In this document: positions 16,690 through 24,000 of the stretch, piece after piece
How positions within the stretch are numbered: position 1 is the stretch's first letter
Layout: every line of letters begins with the position of its first letter
Assembly (NCBI GenBank): GCA_034520565.1
Contig: JAXHNL010000002.1
Location: 1,127,722-1,151,721 of the forward strand
Direction of reading: 5' to 3'
Source of the DNA: Halodesulfurarchaeum sp.
GTDB taxonomy: Archaea > Halobacteriota > Halobacteria > Halobacteriales > Halobacteriaceae
DNA length: 24,000 nt
Program-made: the position numbers and the translations under genes
Notes under the pieces: generated by a model
The model's input: only the letters and a program-made list of their open reading frames with translations
Databases searched by the model: none
Told to the model about the DNA's origin: nothing

Positions 16690-17856
16690 ATGGCTCGAAT
16701 TGGACGGCTCGATCGCGATCGCATCGGGTGGTGGGCGATCGCGTTTGCGCTCGGGGCGCTGGTGCTCTATCTGCTGTACTCGTTTCTTGGCACCTTCGTG
16801 TTCGGCATCTTCGTCTATTATGCGACCCGGCCGATTTACCGGCGGCTCAAACTGGTGATCCATAACGCTTCGCTGGCCGCGGCCACCTCGCTCCTGGCCC
16901 TCGTGTTGCCGGCCATCCTACTCGCGTTCTACACGATCGCGATCGCATTACAGGAGTTGAACAAGTTCATCGACCAACGGGACGTGGGCTATCAGCCCCT
17001 GGAATCGCTTCTTGCGCCCTACTTCGACGTTTCCGCGGTGATTGCCGACCCGCTTTCGCTGCTTTCGGGGCCGGATACGCTGGAGGCGATCCGGACGGTG
17101 CTTCAGGAGGCAAGCACCTATCTCGGCTTTTTCGGCCTCGGGGCGTTGCACCTGTTCGTCGTCATCGTCCTTGCCTTCTATCTGCTCCGGGACGATCATC
17201 GACTCGCGGGCTGGTGGCGCCGCCGATTTTCCGACGACGAGGGCGTCATGGAGGCCTACATGACCCGGGTGGATCGGGACTTCTCGAACATCTTCTTCGG
17301 GAACATCCTCAACGCGGCGATTACGGCCATCATCGGGGCTGCGGCGTACTCGACGCTCAACATGCTTTCACCGGCCGGAATCGCGCTCCCGTATCCCGCG
17401 CTCCTCGGGCTGCTCACCGGCATCGCGAGCCTGATTCCGGTCATCGGGATCAAGATCGTCTACGTGCCCGGAGCGATCTACCTCTTCGTCGTCTCGGGCG
17501 GGGAGCCGTCGCTTTTCTGGTTTCCCGTCCTCTTCGTCGTGGTCTCCTTTCTCATCGTTGATGTCATTCCGGACCTCGTGCTGCGACCCTACGTTTCGGG
17601 GCGCAACCTCCACCTCGGGATGGTGATGCTCGCCTACATCTTCGGGCCGCTGCTCTTTGGCTGGTACGGCCTCTTCTTCGGGCCGATGCTGCTGGTATTG
17701 CTCGTTCACTTCGTCGCGCTGGTGCTTCCGGAACTCCTCGCGGGGGCCCCGATCCAGCCGGAGACGATCGCCGATCCGATGACCGTGGATAGCGTCTCCG
17801 AGAGCACGGGGGCCGGGAGCGAGTCGGATCAGTTGGGGGCCGGGAGCGAAGAATAG
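16690..17856 (+). CDS. AI-2E family transporter (PerM/UPF0118-type permease)
   Basis: 388 aa with about 8 hydrophobic helices. Typical layout: N-terminal helices, a long helical loop, then FFGNILNAAITAIIG...LLTGIASLIPVIG...VDVIPDLVLRP. Acidic C-terminal tail. Confidence 0.8.
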   Translation: MARIGRLDRDRIGWWAIAFALGALVLYLLYSFLGTFVFGIFVYYATRPIYRRLKLVIHNASLAAATSLLALVLPAILLAFYTIAIALQELNKFIDQRDVGYQPLESLLAPYFDVSAVIADPLSLLSGPDTLEAIRTVLQEASTYLGFFGLGALHLFVVIVLAFYLLRDDHRLAGWWRRRFSDDEGVMEAYMTRVDRDFSNIFFGNILNAAITAIIGAAAYSTLNMLSPAGIALPYPALLGLLTGIASLIPVIGIKIVYVPGAIYLFVVSGGEPSLFWFPVLFVVVSFLIVDVIPDLVLRPYVSGRNLHLGMVMLAYIFGPLLFGWYGLFFGPMLLVLLVHFVALVLPELLAGAPIQPETIADPMTVDSVSESTGAGSESDQLGAGSEE

Positions 17857-17919
17857 CTAGCTCGAAGACTGGGCGACCCGGAGATTCAGGGAGCCATGTC
17901 TTGTGGAGGGGAATTCCGG

Positions 17920-18198
17920 TCAGTCGAGATCGACGTAATCGACTTCCCAGTCCCGCCGGGCTTCTATTTCCCGTCGTCCGCGACGGGTGACGGTGTAGAA
18001 GTTCGTCCGCTGATCGCGTTCGCCCTTGTCTATGAGCCCTTTATCGACGAGCGTGTCGAGATTGGGGTAGAGCCGTCCGTGGTGGATCTCCGATTCGTAA
18101 TACTTCTCGAGTTCCTCCTTGATTGCGAGTCCGTGTGGCTCATCGAGACCCGCGACGACGTAGAGGAGATCCCGTTGAAAGCCTGTGAGGTCATACAT
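17920..18198 (-). CDS. PadR-family winged-helix transcriptional regulator
   Basis: MYDLTGFQRDLLYVVAGLDEPHGLAIKEELEKYYESEIHHGRLYPNLDTLVDKGLIDKGERDQRTNFYTVTRRGRREI is the classic PadR wHTH pattern. Start chosen at ATG 18196-18198. GC content is lower than in neighbouring genes. Confidence 0.85.
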   Translation of the reverse strand: MYDLTGFQRDLLYVVAGLDEPHGLAIKEELEKYYESEIHHGRLYPNLDTLVDKGLIDKGERDQRTNFYTVTRRGRREIEARRDWEVDYVDLD

Positions 18199-18217
18199 GT
18201 GTGAACCCTGATACAGG

Positions 18218-18223
18218 ATATTT
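18218..18223 (-). promoter_or_regulatory. TATA-like box (AAATAT on the minus strand) about 20-25 nt upstream of the padR ATG; implies a leaderless mRNA
   Basis: The minus strand reads ...GGCAAATATCCTGTATCAGGGTTCACAC-ATG. Archaeal TATA boxes sit about 25-27 nt upstream of the transcription start. Confidence 0.35.
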
Positions 18224-18430
18224 GCCAAGTAACCATAAGTATATTGGCTTGTGAGTGTCTCGGATGGAGGGTAGCGGGGTGACCGCGATCTGAAACGTCA
18301 TCCGAGTAAACAGCCAGGTTTTTGCTTTTGGGGGCGGTCGTTTCGAAATGGAGAGGCGTTTTTTCGTTCGCACGACGGCTTTGCCACTTGCCCCGTTGCC
18401 ATGATGGCATTGCGACTCGGAATTCAGTTG

Positions 18431-18462
18431 TAAAAGGAAGCGGGATCGGAACCCGATCCCGC
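18431..18462 (-). terminator. Perfect 10-bp GC-rich hairpin followed by a T-rich run on the minus strand, downstream of the DUF1028 gene
   Basis: GCGGGATCGG (18440-18449) pairs with CCGATCCCGC (18453-18462) across a 3-nt loop. On the minus strand it is followed by CTTCCTTTTA (18440-18431). A second 10-bp hairpin lies at 18486-18516: TGACGCTTCG, an 11-nt loop, then CGAAGCGTCA. Confidence 0.45.
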
Positions 18463-18580
18463 TGCCGCCCTGAGTTGGTCCCCGCTGACGCTTCGGCCCT
18501 CCAAAGCGAAGCGTCACTTGAAGCAAACGGATCCGGCGTCTTAAATCTACCGTCACCATCAACACTTCCCCCGGGTCCGG

Positions 18581-19507
18581 TCAGGCCCGGTCGAGTCGCG
18601 AGAGCCCCTGCCAGATGGCGTTGACGAGTTTCGTCTCCCCCGTCCCCTCGGCGTCGTCCCAGCCCCGGGCGAGGGCGTCTTCGAGCACTTCCAGCGAGTG
18701 GTTCTCGAAGTTGTTCACGCCGCGGAACGTCTCCAGGGCCTCTCGCTCGTCCGCAGCGAACGTCGCCGTCGGCGATCCGTCGTAGTGGCCGAGGCCGGCG
18801 AGGGCCTCGAGGACTGACGCCGCGGTGGGGCCGGAGAGCTCTCGCACGTCCTCGGGTGTCTCGCGTTCGAGCAGCGTCACGTCGTAAATCCGGAAGACCC
18901 GCTCGAGTTCCGCGATCGGGGACTCGTGGTCGTCGACCCTGACGTCGATCCAGCGATCGTTTCGGCCGTCATAGCCGCCCTCGGGCTTGACGACGTACAT
19001 GGCGGCTGACTGTTCGCCCCGTCGATCCCCGCCCGCTTCGTTTCCGGCCTCGAGGGCCGCGAGCAGCCGCTCCGGAAGGCCACCGTCGGTCGTCTCGTAG
19101 GCGTCGGCCATTGCCTCGATAGTATCTGGCCCTTCGAGGATGTTTCCCTGTATGGTGTACTGGTCCCCCTGGCGATCGCCCGCGTGATCGAGACATTCTT
19201 CGCCTGTGTACGCCGCGACGGAGCCGTCCGTTCCGACGACGCCAATCTGCCGGCTCTCGGCGTCCTCGTCAGCGGCGGTCAGTTCTTCGATCACCGTTTC
19301 CGCGTCGGCTCCCTCTCGAAGCAGTTCCAACCCATCTGGGCCGTAGGCCACGTTGGCGTAGCTCTGTGTGGCGATCGCTCCCGCGTCGGCCGCGGCGAAC
19401 GGCACGACCGACCCGACGCTCACGAACTTCGACTGCACGGCGACGCCGAGTGCCTCCTGTTCCGGGTCCCGTGCCACGATCGAGAACGTTGCCGGCCTGA
19501 CTGGCAT
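18581..19507 (-). CDS. DUF1028 family protein (Ntn-hydrolase-like fold) with C-terminal helical extension
   Basis: 308 aa. The N-terminus PATFSIVARDPEQEALGVAVQSKFVSVGSVVPFAAADAGAIATQSYAN is the characteristic DUF1028 start, followed by GDRRGEQSAAMYVV. Confidence 0.8.
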   Translation of the reverse strand: MPVRPATFSIVARDPEQEALGVAVQSKFVSVGSVVPFAAADAGAIATQSYANVAYGPDGLELLREGADAETVIEELTAADEDAESRQIGVVGTDGSVAAYTGEECLDHAGDRQGDQYTIQGNILEGPDTIEAMADAYETTDGGLPERLLAALEAGNEAGGDRRGEQSAAMYVVKPEGGYDGRNDRWIDVRVDDHESPIAELERVFRIYDVTLLERETPEDVRELSGPTAASVLEALAGLGHYDGSPTATFAADEREALETFRGVNNFENHSLEVLEDALARGWDDAEGTGETKLVNAIWQGLSRLDRA

Positions 19508-19593
19508 ACCGTCGCCTTTCGCCGGAGGAGCAAAAGGTTTGACCCGCCCGTGGCACCACGAGGCCTTTGGTCCCCGGGCGCGAAGCTTTCTTC

Positions 19594-20313
19594 ATGGAGG
19601 TTCGGGGAGAACGGGAGTGCAAGAACTGTGGCACCCGGTGGTCCTACTACGAGACGGGGAGCCCTGCCTGTCCGGAATGCGGGAGTCTGCAGAGCGTCGG
19701 CCTCGGCGAGCGACGACTCCACACCGACCGCCCCGCCGAACTCGACCTGGATCTGGCCATTGACGCGCTGTCCGAGGGGCGGTATCGAGCGGCCGGAGAG
19801 GCCGCCGACGAGACCGCCCGCGAATACGTCCGCCGCCGGGGATTTATCAACGCCGGTGAACTTCGGTCCCTGACGGATCAGTACCTTCTCGCAGCCGAGA
19901 TTCGCCACGTGGCCCAGCTCTTGCGGCTCGTCACCCCTTCGCTGATCGACGACGGTGACATCGACCTCGAGTACGTCCGGACGCTGTTCGAGGCTGCGGC
20001 GACGGATGACCGTCCAGCGGCCGTGGACGTTCCGGATAGTATGGCCGGGCCGCGGGGACTGGGGGTTGCAGACGCGGTCGAGGCCTACCACGACGCGCTC
20101 AAACACTGGGTGGACGCCTCGGACGCCGAAGTGGCGGCTGGTGGGTTACTGGATCGATTGGACAGCCACGTCCGCCGGGTCAACGCCCTCGAGGGGACGA
20201 TTGATCCCCAGGAGGCCGAGAAACTCGTCGCTGTGGCTCGCTCGCTGGGGACGTACGTGCGGACCGGCTCCGAACGGGCGGCGGTCGAACGGGCACTGGA
20301 TTCACTCGAGTGA
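19594..20313 (+). CDS. Zinc-ribbon protein with a long helical acidic C-terminal domain; conserved hypothetical
   Basis: MEVRGERECKNCGTRWSYYETGSPACPECGS (CxxC...CxxC), then about 200 aa of Ala/Glu/Leu-rich sequence. I prefer the internal ATG at 19594 over the track start at 19567. Confidence 0.65.
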   Translation: MEVRGERECKNCGTRWSYYETGSPACPECGSLQSVGLGERRLHTDRPAELDLDLAIDALSEGRYRAAGEAADETAREYVRRRGFINAGELRSLTDQYLLAAEIRHVAQLLRLVTPSLIDDGDIDLEYVRTLFEAAATDDRPAAVDVPDSMAGPRGLGVADAVEAYHDALKHWVDASDAEVAAGGLLDRLDSHVRRVNALEGTIDPQEAEKLVAVARSLGTYVRTGSERAAVERALDSLE

Positions 20314-20357
20314 CCGGCGACCATCCGATCGGGCGACGAATCAGTTTCGCTGCAGGG

Positions 20358-21605
20358 TCACTTGTAGAGGGGGTGCTCGTCGGTCAGTCGGTCGACTTCC
20401 TCGCTGACTTCGGTCAGCACGCTCTCGTCGTCGATGTTGTCGAGGACGCGGCCGATGAGCTGGCCGACCTCCCGCATCTCCGCCTCGTCGAACCCGCGGG
20501 TTGTGAGCGCCGGCGAGCCGATGCGGATGCCCGATGGCTCCTTGGCCGATCGAGTCTCGCCCGGAACGGTGTTGGCGTTGAGAACGATCCCGGTCTCTTC
20601 GAGGGCCTCCGCGGCGTCGTTCCCGGTGACCTCCGGATGGGAATCCCGCAGATCGACGAGGATCAGGTGGGTGTCCGTTCCGCCCGAGACGAGGGTGAAG
20701 CCCTGCTCTTGCATGGACTCTCCAAGCGCGCGAGCGTTGTCGACGACCTGCTCGATGTACTCGTCGAACTCGGGTTCGAGCGCTTCGCCGAAGCCGACCG
20801 CCTTTCCGGCGATGTTGTGCATCAGCGGGCCGCCCTGGATGCCCGGGAAGACGGTTCGGTCGATCACGTCGGCGTGTTCCTCGTCCGTCAGGATCATGCC
20901 CCCGCGCCCGGCCCGGATCGTCTTGTGTGTCGAGCCGGTGACGAAGTCCGCGATACCGACGGGATTGTCGTGAGCGCCTGCCGCGACGAGGCCGGTGATG
21001 TGAGCCATGTCGGCGAGGTGGTAGGCGCCCACGGCGTCGGCGGTTTCCTGGACGCGTTCCCAGTCGACCACTCGCGGGTACGCCGAGTAGCCCGAGACGA
21101 TGATGTCTGGCTCGAACTCGCGGGCGTGTTCGTCCAACCCTTCGTAGTCGATGCGGCCGGTCTCGGCGTCCATCTCGTACTGCTCGACCTCGTAGAGCGT
21201 TCCCGAGAAGTTGACCGGATGGCCGTGGCTGAGATGACCCCCGTGTTCTAAGTCCAGCGAGAGGATCTTGTCGCCTGGCTCGAGGACGCTGAAGTACACC
21301 GCCATGTTCGCCTGGGTTCCGCTGTGTGGCTGAACGTTGGCGTGGTCCGCGCCCCAGAGTTCTTTGGCTCGCTGGCGGGCCAGTTCCTCGACCGTATCCG
21401 CGTTCTCACACCCGCCGTAGTAGCGGGCCCCGGGATATCCCTCCGCGTACTTGTTCGTGAGCGCGCTGCCCTGGGCTGCGAGGACGGCCTCGGAAACGTG
21501 GTTCTCGCTCGCGATCATCGCCAGCGTGTCCTCCTGCCGTGTCGTCTCGCCTTCGAGGGCCTCGGCAACCGCCGGATCACTCGACTGTACCGGGTCGAAG
21601 TCCAT
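20358..21605 (-). CDS. glyA: Serine hydroxymethyltransferase
   Basis: 415 aa. MIASENHVSEAVLAAQGSALTNKYAEGYPGARYYGGCE, HLSHGHPVNFSG, and the PLP-lysine motif VTGSTHKTIRAGRGGMIL. Confidence 0.95.
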   Translation of the reverse strand: MDFDPVQSSDPAVAEALEGETTRQEDTLAMIASENHVSEAVLAAQGSALTNKYAEGYPGARYYGGCENADTVEELARQRAKELWGADHANVQPHSGTQANMAVYFSVLEPGDKILSLDLEHGGHLSHGHPVNFSGTLYEVEQYEMDAETGRIDYEGLDEHAREFEPDIIVSGYSAYPRVVDWERVQETADAVGAYHLADMAHITGLVAAGAHDNPVGIADFVTGSTHKTIRAGRGGMILTDEEHADVIDRTVFPGIQGGPLMHNIAGKAVGFGEALEPEFDEYIEQVVDNARALGESMQEQGFTLVSGGTDTHLILVDLRDSHPEVTGNDAAEALEETGIVLNANTVPGETRSAKEPSGIRIGSPALTTRGFDEAEMREVGQLIGRVLDNIDDESVLTEVSEEVDRLTDEHPLYK

Positions 21606-21627
21606 ACCTCATGTGGGAACGGGGCTC

Positions 21628-21634
21628 TTTGTAA
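21628..21634 (-). promoter_or_regulatory. TATA-like box (TTACAAA on the minus strand) about 23-29 nt upstream of the glyA ATG
   Basis: The minus strand reads ACTTACAAAGAGCCCCGTTCCCACATGAGGT-ATG. The spacing fits a leaderless or near-leaderless haloarchaeal transcript. Confidence 0.3.
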
Positions 21635-21729
21635 GTCTGTCTACCCCTGAAAAATCCGCGACCGGGACCCGCTATCCTTTTGGCGCTGGTCCCGGTTGCA
21701 ACGGCCATGCACGAAGGATGGGAGGACCA

Positions 21730-23472
21730 ATGGCCGTCGTACTGATCGGCGAGGGACCGGCTGTCGAATCCGCCGAGGCGATGCTCGAGGATTCGGACGT
21801 GGCAGTTACCCGGGGGAGCCTCGCGGACATCCCGGCGGCCGACCTGGCCATCGTGGTCGGGCTCGCCGGAAGCGAGGGGTTCGAGACCGCGAACCAGCGG
21901 GCGATCGAATCCGAAACGCCCTGGATCGCCGTCGAACTCGGGGGGATCGGTGGCGTGCCAGTGGCCGGACTGTCGGCTGCGGTCACCACCCTTCAGCCCG
22001 GCTACGTTTGCTATCAATGTCTCCGCTCGCGCGTTGCGGCAAACGGGGTCGACGGGGCCGACGAGGCGAGTGCCGAACGTCCGGCCGCACGACTCGCCGG
22101 CTCGTACGCCGGGCTCCAGGCGATTCGGGCGTTTTCTGGCGCGGAGGTCGCCGGCGTGGTCATCGAGGTCCCCTACGGAGAGCACTCCCTGCTTCCGGTA
22201 CCGAACTGCCAGCATGCACCGGCCAGCGACCGCTCGCTCTCGCTTTCCGAGCACGATCGCACCCTCGAGAAGGCCATCGAGGCGGCCGAACGAGCCGTGG
22301 GCGGTCGGCTGGGAATCGTGCCCGCAATCGGCGAACACGATTCGTTTCCGCTCCCCTACTATCTCGCGACGGTGACCGACACGTCCGGGTTTAGCGACGC
22401 CGTCGCTCCCGATCGGGCGGCAGGCGTTGCGCCCACGTGGGACGGCGCGTTCATGAAGGCGCTCGGCGAGGCCCTCGAACGCTACAGTGCGGCTGTTTAC
22501 CGGACCGACGACCTCAAGAGGGTGGCTCCGGCGGCGATCGACGGTCCCAAACTGGAGTCGTACGTCAGCGTCGGCAACGCTGCTGTTGGAACTGAAACTG
22601 GTGCTGACACCGACGCCGGCGCGGACGACTCGGGTGGGACGATTCCGGTCGTCGGCGGCATGGACCTCCACACCGAGAACCCGGTCGAGCTTCCCGCTGA
22701 CCTCGTGTTTTACCCACCACCGGACGGCGAGCACGGCATGGCGATCACGACCGGTCTCGGACTCGGGAGTGGCGGGGTCGGGGCAGTGCTGTCCGGCCTG
22801 TATGAGGTGATCGAGCGGGACGCCACCATGCTCGCCTGGTACTCCACGTTCGAGCCGCTGGGACTGGACGTGAGCGACGCGACCTTCGAGACGATGGTCG
22901 ACCGGGTCCGGGGAAACGACCTCTCGGTTACCCCGCTGCTGGTTACCCAGGACGTCGACGTGCCGGTCATCTCAGTTGCCGTCCATCGCGAGGAGTACCC
23001 CCGATTTGCGCTCGGCTCGGCCGCGGACCTCGACGCCGAAACCGCGGCCGTTGACGCCCTTTCGGAGGCAATCCAGAACTGGATGGAATTGCGGGATCTC
23101 GGACCCGACGAAGCGGCGGATGTCGGCGGCGAGATCGGCAGCTACGCCGAGGATCCGGGCGTCGCCGAATCGATGCTGGAACCCGCGGAGACCGTTCCGG
23201 CTGCCGCCGTCGGTCCCGAGGCCGTTCCCGAGGGCCGGGCCGAACTCGACGCGGTGCTCGATCGGATGGCCGACGCCGACCTCGACGCCTTTGCGGCGTC
23301 AGTAACACCACGCGACGTCGAGCGGCTTGGATTCACCGCCGTCCGCGTGCTGTCGCCCTCGGCCCAGCCGCTTTTCGTCGACGAACCGATCTTCGGTGAG
23401 CGGGCTCGGACCGTTCCCGCCGACCTCGGGTTCGAACCCCGGCTCGACCGGGCGTTTCACCCCTATCCCTGA
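21730..23472 (+). CDS. ycaO: YcaO-domain protein fused to an N-terminal ThiF/E1-like (cyclodehydratase C-type) domain
   Basis: About 580 aa. N-terminal Rossmann-like MAVVLIGEGPAVES and LQPGYVCYQCLRSRV (compare the PCYRC motif of ThiF/MoeB). YcaO core: PLPYYLATV...AAGVAPTWDGAFMKALGEALERYSA, AITTGLGLG, LSGLYEVIERDA. The extreme C-terminus is ...RAFHPYP. A GGAGG lies 4 nt upstream of ATG 21730; an alternative ATG is at 21718. The track ORF start at 21451 overlaps glyA and is not credible. Confidence 0.85.
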   Translation: MAVVLIGEGPAVESAEAMLEDSDVAVTRGSLADIPAADLAIVVGLAGSEGFETANQRAIESETPWIAVELGGIGGVPVAGLSAAVTTLQPGYVCYQCLRSRVAANGVDGADEASAERPAARLAGSYAGLQAIRAFSGAEVAGVVIEVPYGEHSLLPVPNCQHAPASDRSLSLSEHDRTLEKAIEAAERAVGGRLGIVPAIGEHDSFPLPYYLATVTDTSGFSDAVAPDRAAGVAPTWDGAFMKALGEALERYSAAVYRTDDLKRVAPAAIDGPKLESYVSVGNAAVGTETGADTDAGADDSGGTIPVVGGMDLHTENPVELPADLVFYPPPDGEHGMAITTGLGLGSGGVGAVLSGLYEVIERDATMLAWYSTFEPLGLDVSDATFETMVDRVRGNDLSVTPLLVTQDVDVPVISVAVHREEYPRFALGSAADLDAETAAVDALSEAIQNWMELRDLGPDEAADVGGEIGSYAEDPGVAESMLEPAETVPAAAVGPEAVPEGRAELDAVLDRMADADLDAFAASVTPRDVERLGFTAVRVLSPSAQPLFVDEPIFGERARTVPADLGFEPRLDRAFHPYP

Positions 23473-23526
23473 TGTCGTTGCTCGGGCGTGGGTTTGAATC
23501 CTCTCGCTGATAGAATCGACCGGTTC

Positions 23527-24000
23527 TTAGACGCCGAAGGTCGCTCGGAGCATGTCCCGGGTTCCCGGGCCGAGTCCGACGGCGACGACCGCGATCAACA
23601 GGAGCGTGCTGAAGCGTGGACTTTCGACGATCATTTGCCGATCGAAAAGCCCCGTCACGATCACTGCGGCCGCGATTTTCAACACCAGGAATCCCCAGGC
23701 GACCCCGATGACCGCGGTGACTCCCTCGGGCACGACGCTTATCGTGAGTTCGATGATCCACCGGTTGACCGGGTGTTTCGGAACCATGTCGGCGACGAGT
23801 CCGAGTTCGGCACCCCAGTCGATGGCCAGGACGTTCGCCAGTCCATCGACCGAATGGGCCCAGAGGATCAACCCGCCGAGAATCGGTGTTCCGCTGGCAA
23901 CTTCTGGAACGTATCGTCGGATCGCCCACCAGCCCACGCCAGCGATGAGCGTCGCGCCGCCGATCGTCAGGACCGTGAAACTCGGATGAAATTCGACTTC
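23527..24000 (-). CDS. DUF63-family archaeal integral membrane protein, 3' part; the start lies beyond the right edge
   Basis: The frame is open from the window edge. ...FHPSFTVLTIGGATLIAGVGWWAIRRYVPEVASGTPILGGLILWAHSVDGLANVLAIDWG...VPKHPVNRWIIE...LLIAVVAVGLGPGTRDMLRATFGV is multi-pass hydrophobic. The family call is from memory of DUF63 sequences. Confidence 0.65.
   Translation of the reverse strand, partial: EVEFHPSFTVLTIGGATLIAGVGWWAIRRYVPEVASGTPILGGLILWAHSVDGLANVLAIDWGAELGLVADMVPKHPVNRWIIELTISVVPEGVTAVIGVAWGFLVLKIAAAVIVTGLFDRQMIVESPRFSTLLLIAVVAVGLGPGTRDMLRATFGV

Noticed and set aside
18348-18404. 18-codon ORF (MERRFFVRTTALPLAPLP) in the padR/DUF1028 spacer, considered as a possible YcaO precursor or micro-protein.
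   Set aside because: It has no Cys/Ser/Thr-rich core and no ribosome-binding or leaderless-promoter geometry. It lies 3 kb and several genes away from ycaO and spans a T6 terminator-like tract.
23486-23510. tRNA-like T-arm sequence GGGTTTGAATCC between ycaO and the DUF63 gene.
   Set aside because: The flanking bases cannot form the 5-bp T-stem (GTGGG versus CCTCT). There is no acceptor or anticodon arm, and the gap is only 54 nt.
1-24000. Search for CRISPR arrays, IS elements or integrases, prophage or defence-island signatures, and rRNA/tRNA genes.
   Set aside because: I saw no regularly spaced direct repeats, no transposase/integrase-like ORFs and no terminal inverted repeats. The only compositional dip is at 17.9-18.6 kb (padR and its spacer). 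The gene content is housekeeping.

Overview
High-GC (about 65%) window. The predicted proteins are strongly acidic, and many long shadow ORFs lie antisense to the real genes. From this I infer a chromosomal segment of a haloarchaeon (class Halobacteria). I support 22 protein-coding loci, mostly housekeeping. Left to right they are: three small membrane-protein genes; an ABC-2 type transporter (ATPase plus permease); an Lhr-type superfamily-2 helicase; an MBL-fold hydrolase; Pelota; an NFACT/Rqc2-like protein; Elp3; a RecJ-like S1/OB/DHH protein; thymidine kinase; an FMN reductase; MutY; a small acidic protein; an AI-2E permease; PadR; a DUF1028 protein; a zinc-ribbon protein; GlyA; an E1-like/YcaO fusion protein; and a DUF63 membrane protein. 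I found no rRNA, tRNA, CRISPR array, transposase or integrase. Four points are worth a second look. (1) An orphan cyclodehydratase-type YcaO fused to a ThiF/E1-like domain has no visible precursor peptide, dehydrogenase or TfuA partner. (2) About 14 single-nucleotide frame disruptions are packed into the first 7.2 kb, breaking the Lhr helicase, Pelota, the ABC permease and two membrane-protein genes, against only one in the remaining 16.8 kb. (3) NFACT and Pelota form an operon-like ribosome-rescue pair. (4) A 380-bp lower-GC intergenic region carries hairpins, TATA-like boxes and oligo-T tracts on both strands, suggesting small RNAs. All family assignments come from reading motifs by eye. No database search was run.
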